42,879 nt of DNA from Kiritimatiellia bacterium (GTDB taxonomy: Bacteria > Verrucomicrobiota > Kiritimatiellia > B70-G9), in assembly GCA_029934055.1 (NCBI GenBank), contig JAOZMZ010000006.1, positions 1 through 42,879 on the forward strand, given 5' to 3'. The notes under the pieces were generated by a model. The model was not told where the DNA came from. It saw only the letters and a program-made list of their open reading frames with translations, and ran no database searches. Below, in pieces: positions 1 to 8,436 of the stretch; the stretch's first letter is position 1, and the number at the start of each line of letters is the position of its first letter. Position numbers and translations under genes: made by a program.

Positions 1-388
1 AGGGGGACTCGGCAGCCACCAGGGCCAGGGGTTCACCGGCATAGAAAACCTCGTCGGTCGCCAGCAGAGGCATGTCCTCCACCAGCGATGCCACGATGTT
101 GCGCCCGGGAATATCGGCGGCGGTCACTACAGTTATCCCGCTCCAGTCGAAGGCCGGATCCGGCGTACAACCGCGGATGCGGCCGGCCGCGACCGGCGAA
201 CGCACGACGCGCGCCCACAACATTCCGGGCAGGGTTATGTCGTCGGCGTACCGCGCCCGGCCGCTGACCTTACCGGCGGCGTCTTTCCTTATCAGGCTGC
301 GCCCGACATAACCGGGCGACTGTGCGGAAGGCTGCAAAACATGTGCTCCTTTACGATCTCCAAAGTAGCGCGCCCGCCCACGGGGCAT
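1..388 (-). CDS. Xanthine dehydrogenase/aldehyde oxidase family, molybdopterin-binding subunit (N-terminal part; gene runs off the window start)
   Basis: Not in the ORF track because it is edge-truncated. My minus-strand translation from ATG 388..386 reads MPRGRARYFGDRKGAHVLQPSAQSPGYVGRSLIRKDAAGKVSGRARYADDITLPGMLWARVVRSPVAAGRI...ITVVTAADIPGRNIV...DEVFYAGEPLALVAAES. This is the typical N-terminal a/b-hammerhead signature of XDH-family Mo subunits (GKxxYxxD, RSP.AHARI, TAADIPG, GEPVAxVAAE). The exact start (ATG 388 or TTG 337) is uncertain. Confidence 0.7.
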   Translation of the reverse strand, partial: MPRGRARYFGDRKGAHVLQPSAQSPGYVGRSLIRKDAAGKVSGRARYADDITLPGMLWARVVRSPVAAGRIRGCTPDPAFDWSGITVVTAADIPGRNIVASLVEDMPLLATDEVFYAGEPLALVAAESP

Positions 389-439
389 CAATCCGAAAAA
401 AGAAAAGCGGGGATGGAAACGCCTCTTTCACCCATCGAA

Positions 440-1309
440 CTATACGTTGAAATACGGGTTGTCCCTGTCTTCATCCGACTGCGGCTCGCCGTACGGCACG
501 GTCCGGGCGGCGAGTTCCGCGCGGCGTGCGGCGCGGGCCTCTTCGTCCGCCGGCCGCCGTCCGGCGAGAAGCTGCTGGCAATACCGGAAAAAAAGATTGG
601 GGTGACTCGGCGAGATGAACACCGGCCGGGGATTGTCGTAGAGCCGGATCCGCAACAGGGCCCGCATCGAGGTCGCTGCATAAAAGGCCGACGAAACAAA
701 ATCGCCGCGATCGGCCCGCACGATTCCTTCTATCTCGAAGAACGGAAGGGGCATGATATAAGTCCAGCCTTCGATGAGGATACCCTCGCCGCAGGCCCGG
801 TAAACGCGCGGCGGATAGAAAAGCGGATGAATCTTGAAAATCAACTCGGCCAGATAGGTGCGATCGAAGTGCGGCGGCAGGGAAATGTCCCATGATATTC
901 CCCGGAAACGCCGCAGATGCCGCCGCTTACGCACCCAGGCGACGACAAGTACCGCCGCCTGCACGCCGGCAATCCATCCCAGAAACCCCTCCAGCGAACC
1001 GGTGCCCAGGGTACAGATTCCATAGCGGCTGCCGAAGCCGTAGACGCGGAAATAGCCGACCCCGGCGAAAAGGGTCGGAGAAAGCAGATGTATGAACGGC
1101 GTGGAGACGTATTCGAGCGTCAGGCTCGCCCAGACCACGTGCAGAAAATACATTCCCCCGATCACCAGCGCCCAGAGGTAGCCGTGTCCCAGAGTCCATC
1201 CCGAAAGCGCCCGCTGCCAGAAGGAAGCCGCATGCTCCGCCGCGCGTTCCGGGAAAAACACCATGCAGAACGGAAAGAGAATCGAGCCGACGACAAACAG
1301 GAGAACCAT
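440..1309 (-). CDS. Hypothetical polytopic membrane protein with a soluble C-terminal domain
   Basis: ORF 440..1420. Several hydrophobic helices (MVLLFVVGSILFPFCMVFF, LWALVIGGMYFLHVVWA, FLGWIAGVQAAVLVVAWV) are followed by a ~150 aa non-hydrophobic tail. The track start at 1420 is TTG, so I chose the first ATG (1309). No family recognised. Confidence 0.55.
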   Translation of the reverse strand: MVLLFVVGSILFPFCMVFFPERAAEHAASFWQRALSGWTLGHGYLWALVIGGMYFLHVVWASLTLEYVSTPFIHLLSPTLFAGVGYFRVYGFGSRYGICTLGTGSLEGFLGWIAGVQAAVLVVAWVRKRRHLRRFRGISWDISLPPHFDRTYLAELIFKIHPLFYPPRVYRACGEGILIEGWTYIMPLPFFEIEGIVRADRGDFVSSAFYAATSMRALLRIRLYDNPRPVFISPSHPNLFFRYCQQLLAGRRPADEEARAARRAELAARTVPYGEPQSDEDRDNPYFNV

Positions 1310-1595
1310 TGCCTCCAGCTCCCAAGGCCAGCCGGGCGGAACCCAGCGCGAAGTGCTCTTCGTTTTCACCGGCCTGCCTCCATGTTTCCCGAAGCGATTG
1401 CCTCGAAGACGCAAGTTCAACCTTACCCCTCATCACCAGCGCCTTCAAGCTCGTTGCAGATGCCCCGGCATCCATCTCCGGCAAGGCCCTCCGCCCACCG
1501 ACCCTTCCGGGGGAAACTGGTTATCGTCTTGCGCCCCCGCATAATTCTGTTATCTGAATGGATCTATGCGCTCACATCAAGAAGGGAGCCCAGTC

Positions 1596-3008
1596 ATGCG
1601 ACATACGAAAATCGTATGCACCATCGGACCTGCATCGTCGGATCCCCGGCGCATCCGGTCCCTGATCGAGGCCGGCATGAACGTCGTCCGCCTCAATTTC
1701 TCGCACGGCACGCACGCCGAACACGCCCGCGTGATCGCCGCCGTCCGCGAACAGGCCGCCGCCCTCCAGCGCCCGGTCGCCGTGCTCCAGGACCTGAGCG
1801 GACCCAAGATCCGCATCGGCGAAATACCGGACGGCGAAATAACGCTGCGCAGCGGCCAGCCTTTCACCCTGACCACCCGCAACGTTCCCGGCGACGAACA
1901 CAAGGTCTCGGTCTCTTATCCGCAGCTACCGCGTGAACTCAAACCGGACGACCCGGTCCTGCTCAGCGACGGCACGGTGGAATTGGAAGTGGTCGCAACG
2001 AGCGAAACCGAAGTCCGCTGCATGGTGGTCATCGGCGGCCGCCTGAGTTCCCACAAGGGCATCAACCTGCCGACCAGTTCGCTCAGCCTGCCGGCCCTGA
2101 CGGAAAAGGACCGCACCGATCTGCTCTTCGGTATGGCCCACGGCGTGGACGCCGTGGCCGTATCCTTCGTCCGCCGCGCGGCGGATATCGAGGAAGCCCG
2201 CAAGCTGATGGACGCCCATGAGGCCCATATCCCCCTAATCGCCAAGATCGAAAAACACGAAGCCCTGGACAACCTCGACGAAATCATCGCATCCGCCGAC
2301 GGGGTAATGGTCGCCCGCGGCGACCTTGGAGTGGAAATACCGATCGAAACCATTCCACGCATGCAGAAGATGATCATCCAAAAGGCCGTGGCCGCGGCCC
2401 GGCCGGTGATAACCGCCACCCAGATGCTGCGCTCGATGGTGAACAGCCCCCGCCCCACGCGCGCGGAAGTCACCGACGTGGCCAACGCCGTGCTCGACGG
2501 CAGCGATGCCGTGATGCTTTCCGAGGAAACCGCCGTCGGACATTATCCGACCGAAGCGGTACGCATCATGGACCGCACCCTGCGGGACGCGGAAACCATC
2601 TTCCCACACGGCATCTGGTTACAGAGCCATGCCCCGAAAGCCGGCGTAAACACGGCCGCGGCCGTGGCCTACGCCGCCTGCGACCTCGCCGAACGGGTGA
2701 ACGCCGCGGCCATCATCACCTGCACGCAGTCGGGCAGCACCGCCTGCCAGGTGGCCCGCCTGCGTCCCGCCCAACCGATCGTGGCGCCCTCGCCCGATCC
2801 CCGCACACGACGGTTCCTGAACCTGGCATGGGGCGTGGTTCCCCTCGCCCTTCCGGCGGTACATGACAGCGATGAGCTCGTGCAGCAGGCCGTTCGCGCC
2901 TCCGTCAGCGCCGGTATCATTCAGCCGGGGGCAAGGGTCGTGGTCACCGCCGGAGTCCCCCTGCAGACGCCCGGAACCACCAACTTCATCAAGGTGACCA
3001 CCGCCTGA
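1596..3008 (+). CDS. pyk: Pyruvate kinase
   Basis: MRHTKIVCTIGPAS...MNVVRLNFSHGTH...LQDLSGPKIRIG...MVARGDLGVEIP...TQMLRSM...PTRAEVTDVANAVLDGSDAVMLSEETA are canonical PK motifs. ATG 1596 is preceded by AAGGGAG, and the 10 upstream codons of the track ORF were dropped. Confidence 0.95.
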   Translation: MRHTKIVCTIGPASSDPRRIRSLIEAGMNVVRLNFSHGTHAEHARVIAAVREQAAALQRPVAVLQDLSGPKIRIGEIPDGEITLRSGQPFTLTTRNVPGDEHKVSVSYPQLPRELKPDDPVLLSDGTVELEVVATSETEVRCMVVIGGRLSSHKGINLPTSSLSLPALTEKDRTDLLFGMAHGVDAVAVSFVRRAADIEEARKLMDAHEAHIPLIAKIEKHEALDNLDEIIASADGVMVARGDLGVEIPIETIPRMQKMIIQKAVAAARPVITATQMLRSMVNSPRPTRAEVTDVANAVLDGSDAVMLSEETAVGHYPTEAVRIMDRTLRDAETIFPHGIWLQSHAPKAGVNTAAAVAYAACDLAERVNAAAIITCTQSGSTACQVARLRPAQPIVAPSPDPRTRRFLNLAWGVVPLALPAVHDSDELVQQAVRASVSAGIIQPGARVVVTAGVPLQTPGTTNFIKVTTA

Positions 3009-3040
3009 AGACAACCATCGAGAGTTGCGGGCGCGGAGAG

Positions 3041-3244
3041 TTACAATTTCTGTGACGAGTCACCGTGCGTTTCCCAAACCTCGACGTCACGATGGATACG
3101 GACATCATCGGCCGGCGAACGGCGGCGCTTCCGCTCGGCCTCGAGTTCCGCAATCCTGCGATTGAGCGAATCAATCTGGTTCTTCAGAAGAATCACCCAC
3201 ATCAGGAACAGCAGCGTCGTCAAACAGAAAAGAAACTCTCTCAT
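3041..3244 (-). CDS. Small membrane-anchored coiled-coil protein (hypothetical)
   Basis: 67 aa with an ATG start. An N-terminal TM helix (FLFCLTTLLFLMWVILL) is followed by a heptad-like helix (NQIDSLNRRIAELEAERKRR). It lies 36 nt downstream of the KTSC gene on the same strand. The RBS is weak. Confidence 0.35.
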   Translation of the reverse strand: MREFLFCLTTLLFLMWVILLKNQIDSLNRRIAELEAERKRRRSPADDVRIHRDVEVWETHGDSSQKL

Positions 3245-3280
3245 CGCCCGTTACCCCGGTCAGATACCCGGCGCCCGCCC

Positions 3281-3586
3281 TCACCACTTGTGAAAACGGT
3301 ACTTCTCGCGGATGTTGTTGTGGAAAAAGGCGCCCTTCGAATCGGCCACCATGAATTTTTCATATACCTCGGAAGGAACATCGTAGTAGTCGTAGACATC
3401 CCCGCTGTCGAACGCCAGCGTGAGAGTCCGGGTGGCGGCGTCGTATCGGACACTGTCCAGAACGCTCGATTTTACCGGCACGAATCCTTCCATCTTCCCC
3501 GCGGCCGTGCGCCCGCATCCGGCGGCGACCATGAGCCCCCCAAGCAGTACCAACGTCCAGAGAGCCGTTTTCCATGAAGCTTTCAT
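3281..3586 (-). CDS. KTSC domain lipoprotein
   Basis: The internal ATG at 3586 is preceded by GGAGGTG. Signal peptide with lipobox (LLGGLMVAAGC). The C-terminus SVRYDAATRTLTLAFDSGDVYDYYDVPSEVYEKFMVADSKGAFFHNNIREKY matches the KTSC domain pattern. The 107 upstream codons of track ORF 3281..3907 are Arg/Ser-rich and look non-coding. Confidence 0.75.
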   Translation of the reverse strand: MKASWKTALWTLVLLGGLMVAAGCGRTAAGKMEGFVPVKSSVLDSVRYDAATRTLTLAFDSGDVYDYYDVPSEVYEKFMVADSKGAFFHNNIREKYRFHKW

Positions 3587-3635
3587 CAGCACCTCCAACT
3601 CAACCTTCGCTCCTCCGGCCAGCACCAACCCCCTC

Positions 3636-3664
3636 ATCTTATCAGCCGGCACCCGCCGCGGCAA
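3636..3664 (-). promoter_or_regulatory. Candidate sigma-70 promoter for the KTSC gene (TTGCCG-17 nt-TAAGAT)
   Basis: Minus strand reads TTGCCG cggcgggtgccggctga TAAGAT, about 50 nt upstream of ATG 3586. Motif match only. Confidence 0.3.
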
Positions 3665-3734
3665 GCGCCGCCTGAGCCCCTGCGCGGTGAATCCCGTATG
3701 CCCTCCCCCCTGAAAATGCTCCGGCCGAAACCCG

Positions 3735-4613
3735 TCAGTCAAAGACAACCGTCTTGTTGTGATAGACGAGGATCTTGTTCTGCAGGTGCGACCATACCGC
3801 CCGGGCGAGGACCATCTTCTCCAAATCACGCCCCTTCCGGATGAGATCATCCACGGTGTCCTTGTGGCTGACATGCATGATATCCTGGGCGATGATCGGT
3901 CCCGCATCCAGTTCCACGGTGACGTAGTGACTGGTTGCGCCGATGATCTTGACGCCGCGCGCGTAGGCCGAGTGATACGGGCGCGCCCCGGGAAACGCCG
4001 GCAGGAAGGAATGATGAATGTTGATTATCCGATTGGGATACGCCGCGACCATTTCTTCGCCGAGTATCTGCATGTAACGCGCCAACACGATGAAATCCAC
4101 CTTGCGCGAACGCAGAAGCTCGAGCTGGCGCCGTTCCTGTTCGGCGCGGTTTTCCGGCGAGACGGGCATATGATGGAATTCGACGCCGAAACGTTCCACC
4201 AGGCCGGCGGGATCCGGATGGTTACCGATCACCAAGGGCACTTCCACTTTCCATTCGCCGGACTCGACCCTTGCAAGGAGATCGAATACGCAGTGCGGCA
4301 GGCGCGAAACAAAGATCGCCATGCGCGGCGTGTAGTCCGAGAAATGCAGCCGCCAGTTCATGGCGAAACGTTCGGCGACCGCACGAAAGGCCGCCGGTAT
4401 CTCGTCCCGCGGCAGGCCGAAACCGGCCAGTTCCCACTCGATGCGCATGAAGAAAACGTTCTCCTCGAAATCGACATGCTGATCGAGATGGACGATATTG
4501 CCGCCGTGTTCCGCCAGGAACCCGGTAACCGCCGCATCAATTCCCTCGCGATCGTTACAGGATATCAACAGCGTGGCCGTCGTCGTCGGCGCCGGACGTG
4601 TACTCTCGTGCAT
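3735..4613 (-). CDS. purU: Formyltetrahydrofolate deformylase
   Basis: N-terminal ACT domain (ATLLISCNDREGIDAAVTGFLAEHGGNIVHLDQH) plus a formyltransferase core (IINIHHSFLPAFPGARPYHSAYARGVKIIGATSHYV). ATG 4613 has GGAGG 7 nt upstream. Confidence 0.9.
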   Translation of the reverse strand: MHESTRPAPTTTATLLISCNDREGIDAAVTGFLAEHGGNIVHLDQHVDFEENVFFMRIEWELAGFGLPRDEIPAAFRAVAERFAMNWRLHFSDYTPRMAIFVSRLPHCVFDLLARVESGEWKVEVPLVIGNHPDPAGLVERFGVEFHHMPVSPENRAEQERRQLELLRSRKVDFIVLARYMQILGEEMVAAYPNRIINIHHSFLPAFPGARPYHSAYARGVKIIGATSHYVTVELDAGPIIAQDIMHVSHKDTVDDLIRKGRDLEKMVLARAVWSHLQNKILVYHNKTVVFD

Positions 4614-4648
4614 GATGCAACCTCCCTGTCGCGTGCTCTCCGCCCGCC

Positions 4649-5797
4649 TCACTTTTCATTGAGCATGTACGTCACGTGCGGAGTGAACAGCCGCGATTCC
4701 ACCAGAAAGGCATCGTGTCCCTTGTCGGAATGAACGGTGATGTGTTCGCAGGTCACGCGTGCTTTTTTCAGGCGGCCGACGAGTTCTTCCTGCTCCTCCG
4801 GGTAATAACAGACGTCGGAGTCGATACTGAAAACCAGGAACCGCTGCCGCCGGCAACGGCGGAAGAGGGCATTGTAGTTCGTGGCCCCCGCATCCTTGAG
4901 CAGGTCGTAGCGCTGCCACATCTCCATGATCCGCAGATAGGTGTTGGCGTCGAAACGCCTGACGAACTTGCGTCCCTGGTGGAGAATATAAGACTCCACC
5001 GGATGACTGATGCGGTAGCGCCGCAGGTCCTTCTCGCGCTGAACGACCTCGGCGCGCGCCCGCCGGCTCATCGCGTCGAGTGATACAAATGTCTTATGGG
5101 AAATCATCCGTGCCAGGGCCAGCCCTTTCAGCGGCGGGCGCCCGTCGTAGTAGTCGCCGCCGTTGAAGTTGCCGTCCTCCTCGATCGCGTAGATCTGCTC
5201 GAAATTGTGGATGCGCTGCAGAATGGTGACTCCCAAACCGGAAGCCACGGAGATCACGCGACCAACACGCTCCGGATAGCGCACCGCGAGGTTCAAAGCC
5301 AGCATGCCGCCCAGCGAGCCTCCCACCACGGCGTGAAGCCGTTCGATGCCGAGATGTTCGATCAGCCGCATCTGGCTGTCTACCACGTCGTTGGCGGATA
5401 TCGCCGGGAAACGTCCGCCGTACGGTTCGCCGGTGGCGGGATTGATGGAACGCGGCCCGGTGGAACCGTAGCAACCGCCGAGATAGTTCGCGCAGATCAC
5501 GAAAAAGCGGCGCGTATCCACGGCCCGACCCGGCCCGATGAAATCATTCCACCACCCGACACGACATTCGTCCGTCCACAGGCGGCCCACACCGGGCACG
5601 GACGGATTGTAGCCCGCCGCATGCTGGCTCCCGCTGAGAGCATGAAACACGAGCACGGCGTTGTCGCGCTCCTTCGAGAGGCGGCCGTACGTCTCGTAGG
5701 CCAGCCGCACCGGACCGAAACGACGTCCGCTCTGCAAGCGCATGCGCCCGGACGGGGTTTCACCGAAGGTGAAAAATTTCGTGCGTACTTTCTCCAT
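4649..5797 (-). CDS. metX: Homoserine O-acetyltransferase
   Basis: LAYETYGRLSKERDNAVLVFHALSGSQHAAGY...WWNDFIGPGRAVDT..FFVICANYLGGCYGSTGP...VVGGSLGGM are the MetX alpha/beta hydrolase signature. GGAGGGAG RBS. The start lies 3 nt after the metY stop. Confidence 0.9.
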   Translation of the reverse strand: MEKVRTKFFTFGETPSGRMRLQSGRRFGPVRLAYETYGRLSKERDNAVLVFHALSGSQHAAGYNPSVPGVGRLWTDECRVGWWNDFIGPGRAVDTRRFFVICANYLGGCYGSTGPRSINPATGEPYGGRFPAISANDVVDSQMRLIEHLGIERLHAVVGGSLGGMLALNLAVRYPERVGRVISVASGLGVTILQRIHNFEQIYAIEEDGNFNGGDYYDGRPPLKGLALARMISHKTFVSLDAMSRRARAEVVQREKDLRRYRISHPVESYILHQGRKFVRRFDANTYLRIMEMWQRYDLLKDAGATNYNALFRRCRRQRFLVFSIDSDVCYYPEEQEELVGRLKKARVTCEHITVHSDKGHDAFLVESRLFTPHVTYMLNEK

Positions 5798-5800
5798 GGC

Positions 5801-7084
5801 TCATCTCCCTCCGGCGGCCGCCAGCGCCTGCTCGATGTCGGCCAGGATGTCGTCAATATGTTCCAGTCCCACGGACAGCCGCACCAGCCCCGGTGATATC
5901 CCCGCCGCGCGTTGCTGCTCGGCGTCCAGCTGCGAATGCGTCGTGGTCGCCGGATGAATCGCAAGGGTGCGCGCGTCCCCGACGTTCGCCAGATGCCGGA
6001 TGAGCTTGAGCGCGTCAATGAAGGCCGCCCCGGCCTCGCGACCGCCGCGGATGCCGAAGACGACCATTCCGCCGAAGCCGTTGGCGAAGTAACGCCGCGC
6101 GGTTTCATGGGACGGATCATCCTCCAGCCCGGGATAACGCACCCATTCGACGCGGGGGTGCTTCCGCAGATAACGCGCGGTCGCCAGGGCGTTCTCGCAG
6201 TGACGCTGCATGCGCAGCGGCAAGGTCTCGATACCCTGTATGAACAGCCACGCGTTGTCCGGGGAAATGCACGCCCCCAGGTTGCGCAGGGATACCAGAC
6301 GCATGCGGACCACGAAGGCCACCGGCGACAACTCGCCCAGATCGGTGGCGTAGCGGATGCCGTGGTAGCTCGGATCGGGCTCGCTCAGCAAAGGGAACTT
6401 GCCGCTCGTCCAGTCGAACTTTCCGGAGTCAACCACTATACCCCCGATCCCAGTGCCGTGCCCACCCAACCACTTGGTCAGGGAATGCACCACGATGTCG
6501 GCACCATGCTCGATCGGCCGCAGGAGATACGGCGTGGCAAAGGTGCTGTCCACCACCAGCGGCAAACCGTGGGCATGCGCAACATCGGCGATCGCCGCTA
6601 TGTCCGCCACGTCCAGGCCGGGATTGCCTATGGCTTCGCAATACACCAGCTTGGTGCGCTCGGTTATCGCCTTGGCGAAATTGTCCGGATCACCCGGATC
6701 GACGAAATGCGTGCGGATGCCGAACTGCGGCAGAATATCGTGGAACTGCGTGTAGGTGCCTCCATAGAGATTCCGGGCGGATACGACCTCGTCCCCGCTG
6801 CGACACAAGTTTATGATCGCATAAAATATGGCGCTCGTCCCGGAAGCAACCGCCAGCGCGGCCGCCCCGCCCTCCAGCGACGCAACCCGTTTCTCGAGCA
6901 CGTCCTGAGTCGGATTCATCAGGCGGGTATAGATGTTGCCCGCCTCTTTCAGGGCGAAAAGATCCGCCGCATGCTTGGTGCTGCGGAACACGTAGGAGCT
7001 CGTGCGGTATATCGGCACCGCCTGCGAAAGCGTCGCCGGGTCCGGCTCCTGGCCGGCATGCAGGCATTTCGTTTCCAGCTTCAT
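5801..7084 (-). CDS. metY: O-acetylhomoserine sulfhydrylase (PLP-dependent)
   Basis: [33 protein letters not shown]...[13 protein letters not shown] (PLP lysine motif) are typical MetY/Cys-Met metabolism features. ATG 7084 is preceded by GGAGGAAG, and the upstream 36 codons of the track ORF were dropped. Confidence 0.9.
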   Translation of the reverse strand: MKLETKCLHAGQEPDPATLSQAVPIYRTSSYVFRSTKHAADLFALKEAGNIYTRLMNPTQDVLEKRVASLEGGAAALAVASGTSAIFYAIINLCRSGDEVVSARNLYGGTYTQFHDILPQFGIRTHFVDPGDPDNFAKAITERTKLVYCEAIGNPGLDVADIAAIADVAHAHGLPLVVDSTFATPYLLRPIEHGADIVVHSLTKWLGGHGTGIGGIVVDSGKFDWTSGKFPLLSEPDPSYHGIRYATDLGELSPVAFVVRMRLVSLRNLGACISPDNAWLFIQGIETLPLRMQRHCENALATARYLRKHPRVEWVRYPGLEDDPSHETARRYFANGFGGMVVFGIRGGREAGAAFIDALKLIRHLANVGDARTLAIHPATTTHSQLDAEQQRAAGISPGLVRLSVGLEHIDDILADIEQALAAAGGR

Positions 7085-7220
7085 GTTTCTCTTCCTCCAT
7101 CCCTCGCGCGGAACCGCACCTCCAACCTTCCCGCGCCCGCCATGCGATTTCGACCGGCACTGCGAAGAGTTCGCTCCGCGGGAGGGCCCCAATCAAACGC
7201 CTCTTTGACCTGACCGGGGG

Positions 7221-7257
7221 AAGAGAAAAGCCAGTGATTGCTCCTCGTCGGAGCCAC
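7221..7257 (-). terminator. Candidate riboswitch expression-platform hairpin plus U-rich tract
   Basis: Minus-strand RNA GUGGCUCC GACGA GGAGCAAUCAC (GUG/CAC and GCUCC/GGAGC pairings with a 3-nt bulge) is followed by UGGCUUUUCUCUU. Its 5' arm abuts or overlaps the P1 3' strand of the SAM aptamer, as expected for a terminator/antiterminator switch. Confidence 0.4.
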
Positions 7258-7360
7258 ATCGTCCCCGCCTTCCAGCGAGGCTGGCTTTGACACCTTATCC
7301 CCTGCAAGGACAGGTTGTCGGGCGGTCAACGGGCCAGATCCCTCACGCCTCTCTCGATGC
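7257..7360 (-). promoter_or_regulatory. SAM-I (S-box) riboswitch aptamer
   Basis: Minus strand reads CAUCGAGAGAGGCGUGAGGGAUCUGGCCCGUUGACCGCCCGACAACC...AAGGUGUCAAAGCCAGCCUCGCUGGAAGGCGGGGACGAUG. It reproduces the S-box core: P1 CAUCG/CGAUG, AGAG, AGGGA, GGCCC, UGA, CAACC, GGUGnCAAAnCC, and P4 hairpin CCAGC-CUC-GCUGG. It sits ~170 nt upstream of metY. Confidence 0.85.
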
Positions 7361-7425
7361 CTTCCCGCCCGGGAGCCTGGTGCGCGTGTGCTCCCGAGCC
7401 GGTTGCATATTACTCTATGCTCATT

Positions 7426-7453
7426 AGCATACTCCGGAAAAACATCCGTGCAA
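7426..7453 (-). promoter_or_regulatory. Candidate promoter of the riboswitch-metY operon (TTGCAC-16 nt-TATGCT)
   Basis: Minus strand reads TTGCAC ggatgtttttccggag TATGCT, about 65 nt upstream of the aptamer. Motif match only. Confidence 0.3.
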
Positions 7454-7508
7454 GGCAATTACCCCGAATATTAGGCACGCAATCGGACGTTGCACACCCG
7501 CACCGGAC

Positions 7509-8414
7509 GTGTATGCTGTCAGGGTGCGGTATCCATCACCGAAAAATCGCAACGTCGTGGTCACCGGCTGTTCCTCGGGAATCGGCGCGGCCACCGCCCG
7601 CCTACTCTCGGAACAGGGCTGGCAAGTCATCGCCACGGCCCGCCGGCCGGACGACCTGGAACGCCTGCGCATCCAAGGACTGACCGCGGTGCCCCTGGAC
7701 CTGGCCGTGCCCCAGTCGGTGGAAAACGCGGCCGCCGAAATCCTCCATCTCTGCGGGGGGCGTATCGGGGCCCTGGTCAACAACGCCGGATTCGGGCAGC
7801 CCGGCGCGATCGAGGATCTCGAGCGCGCCGAAATGCGGCGTCAGTTCGATGTCAACGTCATCGGCCTGCAGGATTTCACCAACCGTTTCATTCCGGCATT
7901 CCGCCTGCAGGGCGCCGGGCGCATCGTCAACGTCAGCTCGGTGGTCGGCAGAATCGCCCTGCCGTTCCTGGGAATCTACTCCGCTTCCAAGTTCGCCCTG
8001 GAAGCCATCTCGGATGTACTCCGCGTCGAACTGCGCGGCAGCGGAATCTCCGTAAGCATCATCGAACCGGGACCGATTGCGACACGCTTCGGCGAAAACG
8101 CCACCCGCGCCGCCCGCATTCTGCTGGAAAAGAAATCGTCGCCGTTCGCGGAAGCCTACCGGCGATACGTCGAAAACAGCATCGAGCGCCCCTCCTGGAT
8201 GGAGCGCTTCCGTCTGCCCCCCGAAAGCGTCGCGCGGGCGGTGCTGCACGCCCTCGAAAGCCGCCGGCCGCGCCGGCGTTATCCGGTCACTTTTCCCGCG
8301 GTGGTCGGCGGAATCCTCCAGAGGTTCGCTCCCTATGCCCTCATCGACCACCTGTTGTGGAAACGTCTCTGTACCCGCGTTCCCCGCCGCAGTTCCCCGC
8401 CTCAGGAAATCTGA
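7509..8414 (+). CDS. Short-chain dehydrogenase/reductase (SDR) family oxidoreductase
   Basis: VVVTGCSSGIGAATA (TGxxxGIG), NNAG, and SSVVGRIALPFLGIYSASKFALE (YxxxK) are classical SDR motifs. The start is GTG at 7509; a later GTG at 7524 is also possible. Confidence 0.85.
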   Translation: MYAVRVRYPSPKNRNVVVTGCSSGIGAATARLLSEQGWQVIATARRPDDLERLRIQGLTAVPLDLAVPQSVENAAAEILHLCGGRIGALVNNAGFGQPGAIEDLERAEMRRQFDVNVIGLQDFTNRFIPAFRLQGAGRIVNVSSVVGRIALPFLGIYSASKFALEAISDVLRVELRGSGISVSIIEPGPIATRFGENATRAARILLEKKSSPFAEAYRRYVENSIERPSWMERFRLPPESVARAVLHALESRRPRRRYPVTFPAVVGGILQRFAPYALIDHLLWKRLCTRVPRRSSPPQEI

Positions 8415-8436
8415 AGCGCAGAAGCGGGCGCACCCC

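Noticed and set aside
5912-7213. 433 aa plus-strand ORF antisense to metY (similar cases: 3759..4733 vs purU, 5096..5896 vs metX)
   Set aside because: The opposite strand encodes unmistakable MetY/MetX/PurU proteins, and these frames give Arg/Gly/His-rich sequence with no recognisable motifs.
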